64,000 nt of DNA from Candidatus Brockarchaeota archaeon (GTDB lineage Archaea; Thermoproteota; EX4484-205; JAAOZO01): positions 23,926 to 87,925 of the forward strand of contig JAFNIV010000002.1 in the NCBI GenBank assembly GCA_017601145.1, written 5' to 3'. This document shows, piece by piece, positions 37,523 through 47,873 of the stretch. How positions within the stretch are numbered: the first letter of the stretch is position 1; every line of letters starts with the position of its first letter. The notes beneath the pieces are model-generated. The model did no database searches. It saw only the letters and a program-made list of their open reading frames with translations, and was not told where the DNA came from. Made by a program: the position numbers and the translations under genes.

Positions 37523-39283
37523 ATGAAATTTAGTGAGTTTGCGAGTTATCTCCAAAAATTGGAATCTACAACAAAGAAACTTGAAATGGTCTCAATTTTA
37601 AAGGAGTTGTTTTCTAAGTTAGACGAAGACGAATTACCCTTAGCTTGTTACCTTTTACTCGGTAAATTAAGGCCTGATTATGAGCAGGTAGAACTTGGAA
37701 TAGCTGCAAGATTGCTACTCCGAAGTGTTGCAAAAGCAGCAAGCGTCTCAGAAACTATAGTTGAAAAAGAACTAAAAGAAAAAGGCGATTTAGGTGAAGC
37801 TGCATACGAACTTTTAAAAAATAAAAAATTAAAAAAATTAGTTTTCTCAAGAGAACTTACTATTAAAGATAGCTATGATACCCTACTTGACTTAGCTAGG
37901 ATGAGTGGGAAGAAATCGATAACTCAAAAAGTAGATGCTTTAGTTAGCTTACTTGTAGACTCTTCTCCACTAGAAGCAAAATACTTAGTAAGAATAACTT
38001 CGGGAGAACTAAGATTAGGTTTAGCAGACATGACTCTTCTAGATGCGCTTTCAGAAACTTTTCTTGGCTCAAGAGATCTTAGAGAAGAAGTAGAACGTGC
38101 ATACAACGTTTATCCTGATATTGGGTTCATAGCTCTAGTTGTGAAAAAACATAAGCTTGAAGGACTAAAACAAGTAAAGATTACACTTGGCGTTCCAATA
38201 AGGATGGCACTTGCAGAAAGATTATCCTCAGCTGAAGAGATAATAGAAAAAGTCGGTGTACCATGCGCCGCAGAATATAAATATGATGGCGAAAGAATTC
38301 AAGCCCATAAGAAAGGGAATGAAATATTACTTTACTCTAGAAGGTTAGAAAACATAACTCATCAGTACCCTGACGTTGTTGAATTAATTTCTAAAAATAC
38401 GGTTGCAAAAGAGTTAATCATAGAAATGGAGTGTATTGCTATAGATCCTGACACGTTAGAAATAAGGCCCTTTCAAGAGTTAATGCAAAGAAGAAGAAAA
38501 TATGATATAGAAAAAGTTTCCAAAGAAATTCCAGTCGCTTTAAGAATATTCGACATACTTTATGTTGATGGTGAGCCACTTTTGAATTTACCCTACATAA
38601 AAAGGAGAGAAATACTTAGTCATCAAATAATTGAAAATGATTTTGCAAAGCTATCCGAAATGAAAATTGTAAATAATCCAAAGGAACTTGAAGATTTTTT
38701 CCAGAAGGCAGTTGATGATGGTATGGAAGGTGTAATGGTTAAAATGATAAACTCAGACTATCAGGCTGGCGCTAGATCCTACAGATGGGTTAAATTAAAG
38801 AAAGAGTACAAATCAGAACTAACAGATACTCTCGATCTTGTTATAGTTGGTGCTTATAGAGGAATGGGGAAGCGATCTAAATTTAAGTATGGGTCATTTT
38901 TAATGTCTGTTTATGATAATAAAAACGACGTTTTTAAGACAATTTGTAAAGTTGGAACTGGATTTACAGAAGATGACTTAGCGAGACTTGAGAAGGTACT
39001 TGAACCATATGTTCGTAAAGAAAAGCATCCTAGAGTAGTTTCAAATATGGAGGCTGATTTCTGGTTCATTCCAAAGGTAGTTCTTGAAATAATAGGTGCA
39101 GAAATAACACTAAGTCCGGTTCATACTACTTCTTTAAATAAATTTAAGAAAAATGCTGGTTTAGCTATAAGATTTCCAAGATTTACTGGAAGACTCAGAG
39201 AAGATAAAGAAGCAGAACAGGCTACAACCGAAGAAGAGTTAGAAAAAATGTACCAAGAGAAGCTAAAGAAAGTTGAGGAATAA
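37523..39283 (+). CDS. lig: ATP-dependent DNA ligase
   Basis: EYKYDGER, EGVMVK, WVKLK, DLVIVGA, IRFPRF. Confidence 0.97.
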   Translation: MKFSEFASYLQKLESTTKKLEMVSILKELFSKLDEDELPLACYLLLGKLRPDYEQVELGIAARLLLRSVAKAASVSETIVEKELKEKGDLGEAAYELLKNKKLKKLVFSRELTIKDSYDTLLDLARMSGKKSITQKVDALVSLLVDSSPLEAKYLVRITSGELRLGLADMTLLDALSETFLGSRDLREEVERAYNVYPDIGFIALVVKKHKLEGLKQVKITLGVPIRMALAERLSSAEEIIEKVGVPCAAEYKYDGERIQAHKKGNEILLYSRRLENITHQYPDVVELISKNTVAKELIIEMECIAIDPDTLEIRPFQELMQRRRKYDIEKVSKEIPVALRIFDILYVDGEPLLNLPYIKRREILSHQIIENDFAKLSEMKIVNNPKELEDFFQKAVDDGMEGVMVKMINSDYQAGARSYRWVKLKKEYKSELTDTLDLVIVGAYRGMGKRSKFKYGSFLMSVYDNKNDVFKTICKVGTGFTEDDLARLEKVLEPYVRKEKHPRVVSNMEADFWFIPKVVLEIIGAEITLSPVHTTSLNKFKKNAGLAIRFPRFTGRLREDKEAEQATTEEELEKMYQEKLKKVEE

Positions 39284-39287
39284 AGAG

Positions 39288-39644
39288 ATGCAGGAAAGTG
39301 TTTTCGAAAAACAACTTGAACTTACTGTAAATAGTATAGAGCGCGCTTATGCGGCGCTACGTAGTAATGGTTTGCATAAACGTTTTAGAAGTATTAAAGT
39401 GATTTTGTTTAGACTAAACTATTTTAAGCTTGAAATACAAAACTATGTCTTAGTAAGGCCCAAGACTATGGCTGGAGATAAATTAGTTGAACTAACGCAA
39501 AAAATGGTAAAACTAAGTGAAAAAGTACTTCTTTATAGTTTAAATGGTAACTATGATAAAATACCTCCTACTTTAGATGAACTTTATGAATTACTGAACG
39601 AAATTGAAAATTTAGTAGCCTGCACTAGTTCAGAATCGACTTAA
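39288..39644 (+). CDS. Hypothetical helical protein downstream of ligase
   Basis: ATG 4 nt after the lig stop; amphipathic helices; no family recognised. Confidence 0.65.
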   Translation: MQESVFEKQLELTVNSIERAYAALRSNGLHKRFRSIKVILFRLNYFKLEIQNYVLVRPKTMAGDKLVELTQKMVKLSEKVLLYSLNGNYDKIPPTLDELYELLNEIENLVACTSSEST

Positions 39645-39903
39645 GTTTATACTTAAATCGTCTCATTAACTTATGAGCAATCTCATGCTAATCGTCGTGG
39701 TAGCCAAAAAATACTCAGACAGCTGCTGCGCTACATCTAGAATAAAATGAAGGAATAGCCTATTCGCCTGCTGAAATGAAATTTGTTGTAAAAATACTCA
39801 AGCTTCATAATTAAAGCAGAATTTTCACCTTACCACTAGAAAGTGGTAGCTCACTTAAAAAGAATAGTTTTAATACTATTCTTATCTTCATTTACGTAGC
39901 AAA

Positions 39904-40731
39904 ATGGGTAATACTCTTAAAACTTTGCTTTATGATTCTTTTTTTAAGCTAATCAGAAAACTGACACATTTAAACTTAGTTACAAAGCTGTATGAAGAAG
40001 AACTAAAGAGCCAGATAAAGAATGGGCCATTACCACAGCACATAGCGCTAATACTTGATGGTAATAGAAGATGGTCCGCTAAGCAAGGAGTTGATTTAAG
40101 AACTGGTTACCTTGTAGGTGCTGAAAAATTACGGGATGTCTTAAATTGGATTTATGATCTGAAAATAAGGGTAGTTACAATATATGCTTTATCAACTGAA
40201 AATTTTAAAAGATCGAATGAAGAAATCGAGCTTCTTCTTTCCTTGTTTTATGAAAAATTACTAGAAATCTCAAGCTCAAATGAATTTAACAAATACAATG
40301 TCAAAGTAAAATTTATCGGAAGAAAAAACCTTCTTCCAAGTAATCTTGTTAAGTTGATGGAAAAACTTGAACGAGATACACAAAGAAATAATGACTTTGT
40401 ATTGAACATTGCTATTGGATATGGTGGAAGGCAAGAAATTATTGATGCAATAAAAAAGATTGTAGTGTCTTTTTCAGAAAATAGGATAAAATTGGATGAC
40501 ATTAATGAGCAACTCGTTGAAAGATATCTTTATACTTCTCATTTAAGTTATCCCGATCCAGATCTGATTATAAGAACTTCTGGAGAGTTTAGAGCTAGTA
40601 ACTTCCTTATTTGGCAAAGTGCTTATAGTGAATTCTTCATAACTGATGTTTTATGGCCTGATTTTAGAAAGATTGATCTTTATCGTGCAATTAGGTCTTT
40701 TCAAGGAAGGAAACGCCGATATGGTGCTTAA
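39904..40731 (+). CDS. uppS: Cis-prenyltransferase (polyprenyl diphosphate synthase)
   Basis: HIALILDGNRRW, LSTENFKRS, YGGRQEI, IRTSGE.R.SNFLIWQ, RRYG. Confidence 0.95.
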   Translation: MGNTLKTLLYDSFFKLIRKLTHLNLVTKLYEEELKSQIKNGPLPQHIALILDGNRRWSAKQGVDLRTGYLVGAEKLRDVLNWIYDLKIRVVTIYALSTENFKRSNEEIELLLSLFYEKLLEISSSNEFNKYNVKVKFIGRKNLLPSNLVKLMEKLERDTQRNNDFVLNIAIGYGGRQEIIDAIKKIVVSFSENRIKLDDINEQLVERYLYTSHLSYPDPDLIIRTSGEFRASNFLIWQSAYSEFFITDVLWPDFRKIDLYRAIRSFQGRKRRYGA

Positions 40732-40735
40732 TATT

Positions 40736-41785
40736 TTAAGTTAATATTCTGTACCCTTTATTTTCTACAAGGATTGTGTCTTCCCATCTAGCTCCTCCAA
40801 AACCCCTTATGTAAATTCCAGGTTCTATAGTTACAACATTCCCTGCTTCTAAAATTTCCTCATTCTTTGAATTCACGGTTGGTTCTTCATGTATATCCAA
40901 ACCAACACCATGCCCAAGACCATGTAACACAAAATCTTTCATTCCAGCTTTTTCAATTATAATATCTGCTTCTTTACTAACTTCTGATATTTTTATTCCA
41001 GCTTGAATTTTTCTAATTGCTGCATCATGTGCTTCGATTACAGTTTCTAAAATTCTTCTTTTATGTTCATCACCTTTTTCAACCAGAACAGTTCTAGTTA
41101 TATCCGACTTGTATCCTTGAATTTCCACACCCATGTCTATAACAACTAATTCATTTTCGTTTATTTTTTTGTCTGTTGGTTTTCCATGTGGTATTGCACT
41201 CCTATTCCCAGAAGCGACAAGTATTTCAAAGGCTTTTTCATCAGATTCTTCAACTATTCTTTTTTCTATAGTTTTTGCTAGATCTCGTTCCGTTACTCCA
41301 GGCTTAACACTTTCTATTACTTCATCAATTATCTTCCTTGCTATGATGCAACTTTTGCTTATCATCTCAATTTCTGTCTCATCTTTTACTCTCCTTAGTT
41401 TTTCTATAAATTTGTTACCGATTTTAAGCAGTAGGTGTTTATTTTTTATAATATTTGAAATAACCGTTTCCACATCTTCATCCACCTCCAAATACTTTGC
41501 ATCTTTTATGTCATCTAAAAATATCTGGAATGGTCCTTTACCCTCATTCCCCGTCTCTATGTTTATTTCATCAAAAGTTTTTTCAAACTCGAAAAAATCA
41601 AGCTTAGAGCCGTATACTTTTAGTTCTCCTGATCGCCTAATCAGTAAGATGGCAGTCCCAATTGGTCTCAATCCTGTTAAGTAGTATAAATTGCTTTTTT
41701 TCTCGACAATCAAAGCATCAATTCCTGTTTGTTCAATTAGCTTTAAAACCTTATTGTGTCTTTTCTTCAGAATTTCCACTTTCAT
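40736..41785 (-). CDS. Xaa-Pro aminopeptidase/prolidase (M24)
   Basis: PHG, IDMG, SDITRT, HGLGHGVGLDIHEEP, TIEPGIY, RWED. Confidence 0.93.
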   Translation of the reverse strand: MKVEILKKRHNKVLKLIEQTGIDALIVEKKSNLYYLTGLRPIGTAILLIRRSGELKVYGSKLDFFEFEKTFDEINIETGNEGKGPFQIFLDDIKDAKYLEVDEDVETVISNIIKNKHLLLKIGNKFIEKLRRVKDETEIEMISKSCIIARKIIDEVIESVKPGVTERDLAKTIEKRIVEESDEKAFEILVASGNRSAIPHGKPTDKKINENELVVIDMGVEIQGYKSDITRTVLVEKGDEHKRRILETVIEAHDAAIRKIQAGIKISEVSKEADIIIEKAGMKDFVLHGLGHGVGLDIHEEPTVNSKNEEILEAGNVVTIEPGIYIRGFGGARWEDTILVENKGYRILT

Positions 41786-42299
41786 TCTTAAGCTCTTTCT
41801 TAATTTTTGCCTTTTTTATATTTTCTTCTCCTATAAGTGAAGTAAATCTTTCAGTCGTTTTTAAAACAGAAGTTTTTCCAGTCTTTTCGGCCTTCACGTA
41901 ACCTTGTCTAATTAATTCCTTTATATGCTTATAAGCATGTTTACCTCTTATTTCAACAACTTTTGACTTCATGATAGGTTGTTCTATTGCTATTAATGAA
42001 AGCGTTTTTAAAGCTGCTCTAGATATATCCAATCCTGGTGCAAACTTTCTCGCTATTTTTGAATATTCTTTTCTAACTTGCATAACGTACTGGTTTTGAA
42101 AGTAAAAAATCTCAAGTCCACTTTTTCTATAGTTATATTCTTCTTTTAGTTTATCTAAAGCATTTTTCAATTCTTGTTCATCTGTCTTTAAGACTGTTTT
42201 TAATTCGTCAATACTTATTGGTCTTCCAGACGAAAAAAGTATAGCTTCTAAAGTTGATTTTAGTTTTTCTGGATCGAATCGTTTTCTCTTGTGATCCAT
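41751..42299 (-). CDS. scpB: Segregation and condensation protein B
   Basis: LEAILFSSG.P, LKTLSLIA..QP, VEIRG, TTERF; in operon with smc and scpA. Confidence 0.92.
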   Translation of the reverse strand: MDHKRKRFDPEKLKSTLEAILFSSGRPISIDELKTVLKTDEQELKNALDKLKEEYNYRKSGLEIFYFQNQYVMQVRKEYSKIARKFAPGLDISRAALKTLSLIAIEQPIMKSKVVEIRGKHAYKHIKELIRQGYVKAEKTGKTSVLKTTERFTSLIGEENIKKAKIKKELKNESGNSEEKTQ

Positions 42300-42967
42300 A
42301 CTAACTCGCCTTCATATACAATTTCAAAGTTAGAATCACTTAGTATGAACAAGATTGCGATAAAGTTTCTTATGGTCTCGCCCCATTTTTCGTCCCATAT
42401 TATATCAGTTAGTAAAACTCTTCGACTATTGATTAGCATTTCCTCTATTTTACTTCTTAACATTTCTATTCTGCCTTGTATACTTTCTAAGAATTCATCT
42501 TTTACTATAAGCTCATATTCTATTCCTGTTTCGTTTTCTTGTACTATAGTAGGTCTTTCTCTTAACACTTGATTAACAACTTTTATTAGCAAAGAAAAAA
42601 CTTCATTCGAGTTAGGAGCAGGATGTTTTATCCTTATTGGTATTTCTGACATCAGATTTAATAGGTTTCCATCAATTGCATTTGTGTTATAAGTTTCATT
42701 CTTTTGTTCCTCATTCTTTTTAGGCTCTTCTAATTCAAGTAGCTCTTCAGTTTTTCTTCTATATATTATTGCTGCTGATAATAGTGCCACTCCAAACATC
42801 TCAAAATCTAGCTTTCCTTTTTCTCTAATTTCTTTAATAATTCCCTTTATAGCGCTAGCAATATCCAAACTCCAAACTTTTACCTTGTTTATCCTTAAAA
42901 CATCAAAAAGCACGCTGAATGCACTACTCAAATAATTTTTTGATGTTTGTTCTTCTTTTGTTTCCAT
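42260..42967 (-). CDS. scpA: Segregation and condensation protein A (kleisin)
   Basis: VWSLDI, GVALLSAAIIYRRKTE, C-terminal FIAILF winged helix; lies between smc and scpB. Confidence 0.82.
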   Translation of the reverse strand: METKEEQTSKNYLSSAFSVLFDVLRINKVKVWSLDIASAIKGIIKEIREKGKLDFEMFGVALLSAAIIYRRKTEELLELEEPKKNEEQKNETYNTNAIDGNLLNLMSEIPIRIKHPAPNSNEVFSLLIKVVNQVLRERPTIVQENETGIEYELIVKDEFLESIQGRIEMLRSKIEEMLINSRRVLLTDIIWDEKWGETIRNFIAILFILSDSNFEIVYEGELVWITRENDSIQKN

Positions 42968-45900
42968 TACTGATTCCTCCTTTTATTTAATATTTGTTGT
43001 GTATCTAAGATCCTTGTTTTCCCATTTCGCATAAATACTCCTACTACTTTATCGGCTTTGGAAGCTACTAAGTCCTTTAAGGAAATAACAATGTACTGTG
43101 AATCTTTTGATCTTAACTGAAGTAATTTCGCATAGTTCTGTACATTTACTGGATCTAAGTGCGCATCTATTTCATCAAACAAGTAAAATGGTGCTGGTTT
43201 TAGATGTTGCAATGCAAATATAAAACATAGGGATGCTACCGATTTTTCTCCTCCACTACACCCATAAACAGGTCTTGGATACTTATTTTGGAAATGAACT
43301 ATTATGTTCACCCCGCCCTTGAAGGGTTCCTCTTTGTTTTCTATTTCAAGCCAAGCACTTCCCCCAACCATTAAATTAAAATATTTATTAAATGCTTCAT
43401 TTATAGAGTCTAGAGCTTCAAGAAATGCTGCCTTCTTTTTACTTTCTATTTCGTTTATGAAGTCTATTATGCTCTTTTTTTCTTCTTCAAGCTTATTTAG
43501 TCTTTCAACAACTAAGACATAGTTCTCTGATTGTTCCTTGTATTGCGTATCTGCTAACATGTTTACTTCTAACATTTTTTTGTATTCTTCGTTAACCAAT
43601 GCTGCGATTTCATCAGAAACCTCTACTTTTTCTTCAAACGTTCCTATGCTTGCTGTACTTTCATTTAGCTTAAGTTCTAGCATCTGTATCTCTAGACTTA
43701 CTTGCTGGAGTACCTTTTCTTTCTCTTGTACGATTGAGCTTATCTCTTTATGCTTATTTTCTAACTTTTCTATTTCTTCTTTTAGTAGACTTATTTCTCT
43801 TACTATATCTTCATTCCTTACACTTGTATTTTTATCAATTTCTTTTTCTAATTCTAGTTTTTGTTTATCCATTAATTCAATGTCTTCTATTATACTTTTC
43901 ATTCTGCTTGTTACTGCAGTCTGAGCCTTTATTTTATCTCTTAGCACACCTTTTTCTTTTAGTATCTCTTCCTTTATCTTGTTCTTTAATTTAAAGATAT
44001 TTTTAACATTTATTTCTAAGTTGTTTAAACTCTTTATTATGCTTTTCCTTTCATTCTCTAAACTCAAAGCATTGTTATTTATATTTTCGTAGGATTGTTG
44101 TAATGTCTTTAATTGTTCTTTCAAAATTGTTATTTTTTTCCTAACTTGCTTTCTACTCTTCAAGATTCTTAAATACTTTTTTCTTAACTCATTTCTCTCT
44201 CTAGTCAGTGTTATAGTTTTGTTTGTTATTTTGAGAATTTCATTTTTTGTCTTGTCTAACTCTTCTTGTAGTTTCCATATTGAGCTTCTTGTCTTATTCT
44301 CGTTATCCAATGTTTGATTAATTTTCTTTTTAATTTCTTCAATGTCCTTTTTTAATTTTATGATTTTATTCTCAATTCCTGTTAGCTCTTTTTCTTCTCT
44401 TGCTACTTCAACGCTTGATAGTGATATCTCTTCTCTTTTAAGGTCCTTCAGTTTGTAAGTGTTTTGTAGTAACTCTATTTCAAGCTTTTTCGGATCTTTC
44501 CTTTTTAGTCCAATTTGAGAAAATACTCCTCTTGCAATCTTAATATTCCCACTTACGATTGTGTTCTCCTTACTTTCTCTAGAGTATTCTATTCCTACTT
44601 TCCCAATTACTTTTTTTAAACTCTCCTTTACTCCTGGAATCTTAAATTCTATTTTTTCCAAAACACTACTTTCGTTGTTTTGACTTTCTACATCTTTGCT
44701 ACTTGCTTGCTTTATCAAGCAAATTCCACTTATTCCTAATTGTTCAAGTACCTTACTAACAAGATATATATCTTCGTTTTCGCCAATTACTATAGCCTCC
44801 ATAAAATCTTCAAGCGCAAGGTTAACTTCTTTAGAAAGTTCAACAGGATATGAAATAAGGTCTCTCACCACTCCCTTTGAGTCTATGCCTGCTTTTTTCA
44901 TTATTTCTGATAACTCTCTAGCTCTCTCTTCATACTTCTTTAAAGCTGTAAGCTCACCTACTTTTAAGCTTATATTTTTTTCTACTTTTTCTTTTAATTC
45001 TTCTATGTTTTTATGAATTTTTTTTAACTCTTCTATTCTATTAACTTTCGCTCTTACAATTTTCCTTATTTCTCTTAGTTCTGCTAATTTTCTGTCTAGT
45101 CTAGTTTTTAATTTAGCTTCTTCTTTTTGCTCCTTTTTTAATTTTAAGTTAAGCATCTTAATGCTTCTTTCTATCTTATTCTTCATTTTCCTTAAGGCTC
45201 TAACTTTAATTACATTTTCTTTAAGTTCTTCTTCTTTAATTTTAGCATTTCTTTTGTAGTTTTCTAGTTCTTTACTTAATGTATCCTCTTTTGTTGTATT
45301 GTTTTCAAGATAGGTGCCCAGTTTTGCTATTCTCTTTTGTTTAACTAAAAGTTCGTTTTTATTCAGTTTAAGCTTCTCTTTTACTTTATCGTACTTCCTC
45401 TTTTTATTTTTCATTCTTTTTATTAGTCTCCTAGCTTTTTCTTTAACCATGTGTAACTCTTTTTTCTTTTCTGTTAAATATGCCTCACTTTTTTCAATTT
45501 CCTGCTTTATTCTACTCTCTTGAAGTTTTAACTCGTTTACTTCATTATTACTTTTTGCAATCTTGGAGTCTATTTCTCTTAGCTTTAAAACCATTTCATT
45601 TAAAACATTATCTCTTTTTTCACTTATATATCTAGATACAATATCGTCATATTGCTTCTTTTTTATTGAATAAACTTCTTCTATCTTCTCCATTTCTTCT
45701 GTTATTTTCTTTACTTGTTCCTCGACTTCTTTTTTTATGTTCAGTTTTTTCTCAATTTCTTTCTTTACCATTATTGCCTGAAGTTTTTGCATTATGTTCT
45801 CCAAACTCTTCTTTGCTGTTTTTTTATTCATCTCTTCTTCAAGTTGCAAAAGTCTATTCTTCACTTCCTCCAATTTACTCATTGCTATCTTTAGGTTTAC

Positions 45901-46929
45901 TTCAGCTTCCTTTAGCTCTTCTTCAGCTTCAGCTTTTTTCTCATCATAACTAGCTAACCCAATAGATTCTTCTATTATTTTCCTTATTTCTTCTGGTGTT
46001 CGTTCAGACATTCTAGATATTTCTCCTTGCATAACTATGTTGTACCCTCTTACATATAGCCCTGCCATACTTAGTAGGTTCTGTACTGTAACTTTTGTGG
46101 CTCTTTTTCTGTTTACGTAGTACACTGATTCCCCATTTTTATCCAAGTATCTACTGATTACAACTTCTTTTTCATCTAATGGGATTCTTTTATCAGAATT
46201 GTCTAAGTATATTCTTCCATAAATTCTTGTCTCTTTTTCCCTAATACTGTCTGAAAACAAGTTCGCCATCTTATCTACTCTTAGTAGTTTTGCATTATTT
46301 TCTCCAAGGACAAATTTCACAGCATCTATTAAGTTGCTGTTATGTACAACTATTCCATACTTTCCTATTAAGTAATTATGTTGCTGGGGTAAATAAATAT
46401 CATATACCTCTCCTAAATACTTTACTGTTTTTATTTCATAAATTTTTTCCCAGTTTATTTTTAATTCTCCAAAGCTAAGTATTCTCTCCCCTATGCTTAA
46501 ATCCTTTGCGTTTTTCCATCCACGTTTACTTAAAACTTTATGTTCTGGAGTAACTTTTATCTTGCTTCCATTTTCACCTATTATTTCTAGTATTATGCCA
46601 TTATACTTCTTTCTCATTATTGCTAATGGTTTATCGAAAATAAGTTTGGATTGTCTTTCTTCTAGGGAAGGTAATGCTGGTAATTCTGAAGAAATTAGGT
46701 ATTCTGCTTCATTTGTTGTTAAAAGGACATTCCTTCCTTCTTCATATTTTTTCTTAAAGAATCTCCCTACTTCAATTTCTTCTTCAAACAGAAAAATTTT
46801 TTGTTCTCCTACTATACATTTTCCCGATCCATTAGGTCCTGTTATAACGTTTAGACCCTTATCAAAACTAATCACAACTTTGTCAGAAAATGACTTAAAT
46901 CCTTTTATTTCTATTTTTTTTAGGTACAT
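42967..46929 (-). CDS. smc: Chromosome segregation protein SMC (intein-containing)
   Basis: GFKSF, GPNGSGK[intein]SN..DA, Q-loop VMQG, coiled coils, hinge, SGGEKS, FYLFDEIDAHLD. Confidence 0.95.
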   Translation of the reverse strand: MYLKKIEIKGFKSFSDKVVISFDKGLNVITGPNGSGKCIVGEQKIFLFEEEIEVGRFFKKKYEEGRNVLLTTNEAEYLISSELPALPSLEERQSKLIFDKPLAIMRKKYNGIILEIIGENGSKIKVTPEHKVLSKRGWKNAKDLSIGERILSFGELKINWEKIYEIKTVKYLGEVYDIYLPQQHNYLIGKYGIVVHNSNLIDAVKFVLGENNAKLLRVDKMANLFSDSIREKETRIYGRIYLDNSDKRIPLDEKEVVISRYLDKNGESVYYVNRKRATKVTVQNLLSMAGLYVRGYNIVMQGEISRMSERTPEEIRKIIEESIGLASYDEKKAEAEEELKEAEVNLKIAMSKLEEVKNRLLQLEEEMNKKTAKKSLENIMQKLQAIMVKKEIEKKLNIKKEVEEQVKKITEEMEKIEEVYSIKKKQYDDIVSRYISEKRDNVLNEMVLKLREIDSKIAKSNNEVNELKLQESRIKQEIEKSEAYLTEKKKELHMVKEKARRLIKRMKNKKRKYDKVKEKLKLNKNELLVKQKRIAKLGTYLENNTTKEDTLSKELENYKRNAKIKEEELKENVIKVRALRKMKNKIERSIKMLNLKLKKEQKEEAKLKTRLDRKLAELREIRKIVRAKVNRIEELKKIHKNIEELKEKVEKNISLKVGELTALKKYEERARELSEIMKKAGIDSKGVVRDLISYPVELSKEVNLALEDFMEAIVIGENEDIYLVSKVLEQLGISGICLIKQASSKDVESQNNESSVLEKIEFKIPGVKESLKKVIGKVGIEYSRESKENTIVSGNIKIARGVFSQIGLKRKDPKKLEIELLQNTYKLKDLKREEISLSSVEVAREEKELTGIENKIIKLKKDIEEIKKKINQTLDNENKTRSSIWKLQEELDKTKNEILKITNKTITLTRERNELRKKYLRILKSRKQVRKKITILKEQLKTLQQSYENINNNALSLENERKSIIKSLNNLEINVKNIFKLKNKIKEEILKEKGVLRDKIKAQTAVTSRMKSIIEDIELMDKQKLELEKEIDKNTSVRNEDIVREISLLKEEIEKLENKHKEISSIVQEKEKVLQQVSLEIQMLELKLNESTASIGTFEEKVEVSDEIAALVNEEYKKMLEVNMLADTQYKEQSENYVLVVERLNKLEEEKKSIIDFINEIESKKKAAFLEALDSINEAFNKYFNLMVGGSAWLEIENKEEPFKGGVNIIVHFQNKYPRPVYGCSGGEKSVASLCFIFALQHLKPAPFYLFDEIDAHLDPVNVQNYAKLLQLRSKDSQYIVISLKDLVASKADKVVGVFMRNGKTRILDTQQILNKRRNQ
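46339..46818 (-). mobile_element. 160-aa mini-intein in the SMC Walker A motif
   Basis: Starts CIVGEQKI after GSGK; block B IKVTPEHKV; block F VYDI....HNYL; ends VVHN followed by Ser +1; too short to carry a homing endonuclease. Confidence 0.93.
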
Positions 46930-47760
46930 TTAACTTAATTTTGTAAGATAGTTTTTTACTTTGCTCACCATATCCTTTGTGTTTTCTAATTCATCACCTT
47001 TTTTCTCATTTTCTATAGATAAAACTCCATCATAGTTAACTTTCTTTAATTCATTGAGGAACTCTATAAAGTTTGTTTCTCCCTCTCCAGGTCCAACACA
47101 AGTATACTTCTTTCCATTTATACTCAGAAATTCTGCTTCTTCTCCATTGCTCTTAAAGTCTTTTAAATGTACATGGTATATATACTTTCCAACAATCTTT
47201 ATCGCATTAATTGCGTTATCTCCTGAGAGTAAGAAGTTTCCCATATCAAAATTCAATCCAAGTGCCTTCGAGTTTACAGCTTTAACTATGTACTCTAGTT
47301 GTTTTCCTGTTCCATAAAGTTCACCATGGTTTTCAAGTGCAAGTTTAATTCCATGTTCATATGCATAATCAGCTCCTTCCTTTAGTCCCTCGATTATCAT
47401 TTTTATAGCATCTTCTCTTTTTATGTCTTCCTTTAGTTCTCCTCCAAATACTCTAACAACTGGAGCATTCAATTTTAAGGCAACGTTGACGCCTTCTATT
47501 ATCTTGGTTATCTGTTCTTTTCTTTTCTCATGACTGCTTTGAACTAAATCATTATCTATGTCATAAGCGGAAATCTTTAAGCCATTCTCATCTGATATTT
47601 TTTTAGCTAAATCAATTTCATCTTTGCTTTTCCAAAATACGTTTAAAAGCTCAATATAGCTTATGTTAAATTGTCTGACTAACTTAATGAAAGAAGGTAC
47701 ATCCAGTTTTCCTGAGTAAGCTGATCTGTGAAAACTCCACATACTTACTCCAACTTCCAT
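46930..47760 (-). CDS. Sugar phosphate isomerase/epimerase (xylose-isomerase-like TIM barrel)
   Basis: LALENHG, FDMGNF, HVHLKD, SIENE. Confidence 0.9.
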   Translation of the reverse strand: MEVGVSMWSFHRSAYSGKLDVPSFIKLVRQFNISYIELLNVFWKSKDEIDLAKKISDENGLKISAYDIDNDLVQSSHEKRKEQITKIIEGVNVALKLNAPVVRVFGGELKEDIKREDAIKMIIEGLKEGADYAYEHGIKLALENHGELYGTGKQLEYIVKAVNSKALGLNFDMGNFLLSGDNAINAIKIVGKYIYHVHLKDFKSNGEEAEFLSINGKKYTCVGPGEGETNFIEFLNELKKVNYDGVLSIENEKKGDELENTKDMVSKVKNYLTKLS

Positions 47761-47873
47761 TTTTCTTGTAACGATAACTACTTTTAATAAATATAAAAGT
47801 CTATTGCTTTAGCTCACTTTGTTATCTCAGTAACTTTTATTTATACGTTAGAACCTAAGTTAGCGCATATTAA

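Noticed and set aside
39650-39860. Intergenic stretch with a small hairpin (taccact-agaa-agtggta) and 25-codon ORFs, considered as an sRNA or peptide gene
   Set aside because: No convincing C/D boxes, Shine-Dalgarno or recognisable family.
41133-41684. Long antisense ORFs (also 23595-24086, 43538-43924, 46493-46933, 62350-62682 and others)
   Set aside because: S/F/I/L-rich shadows of real genes on the opposite strand, with no motifs.
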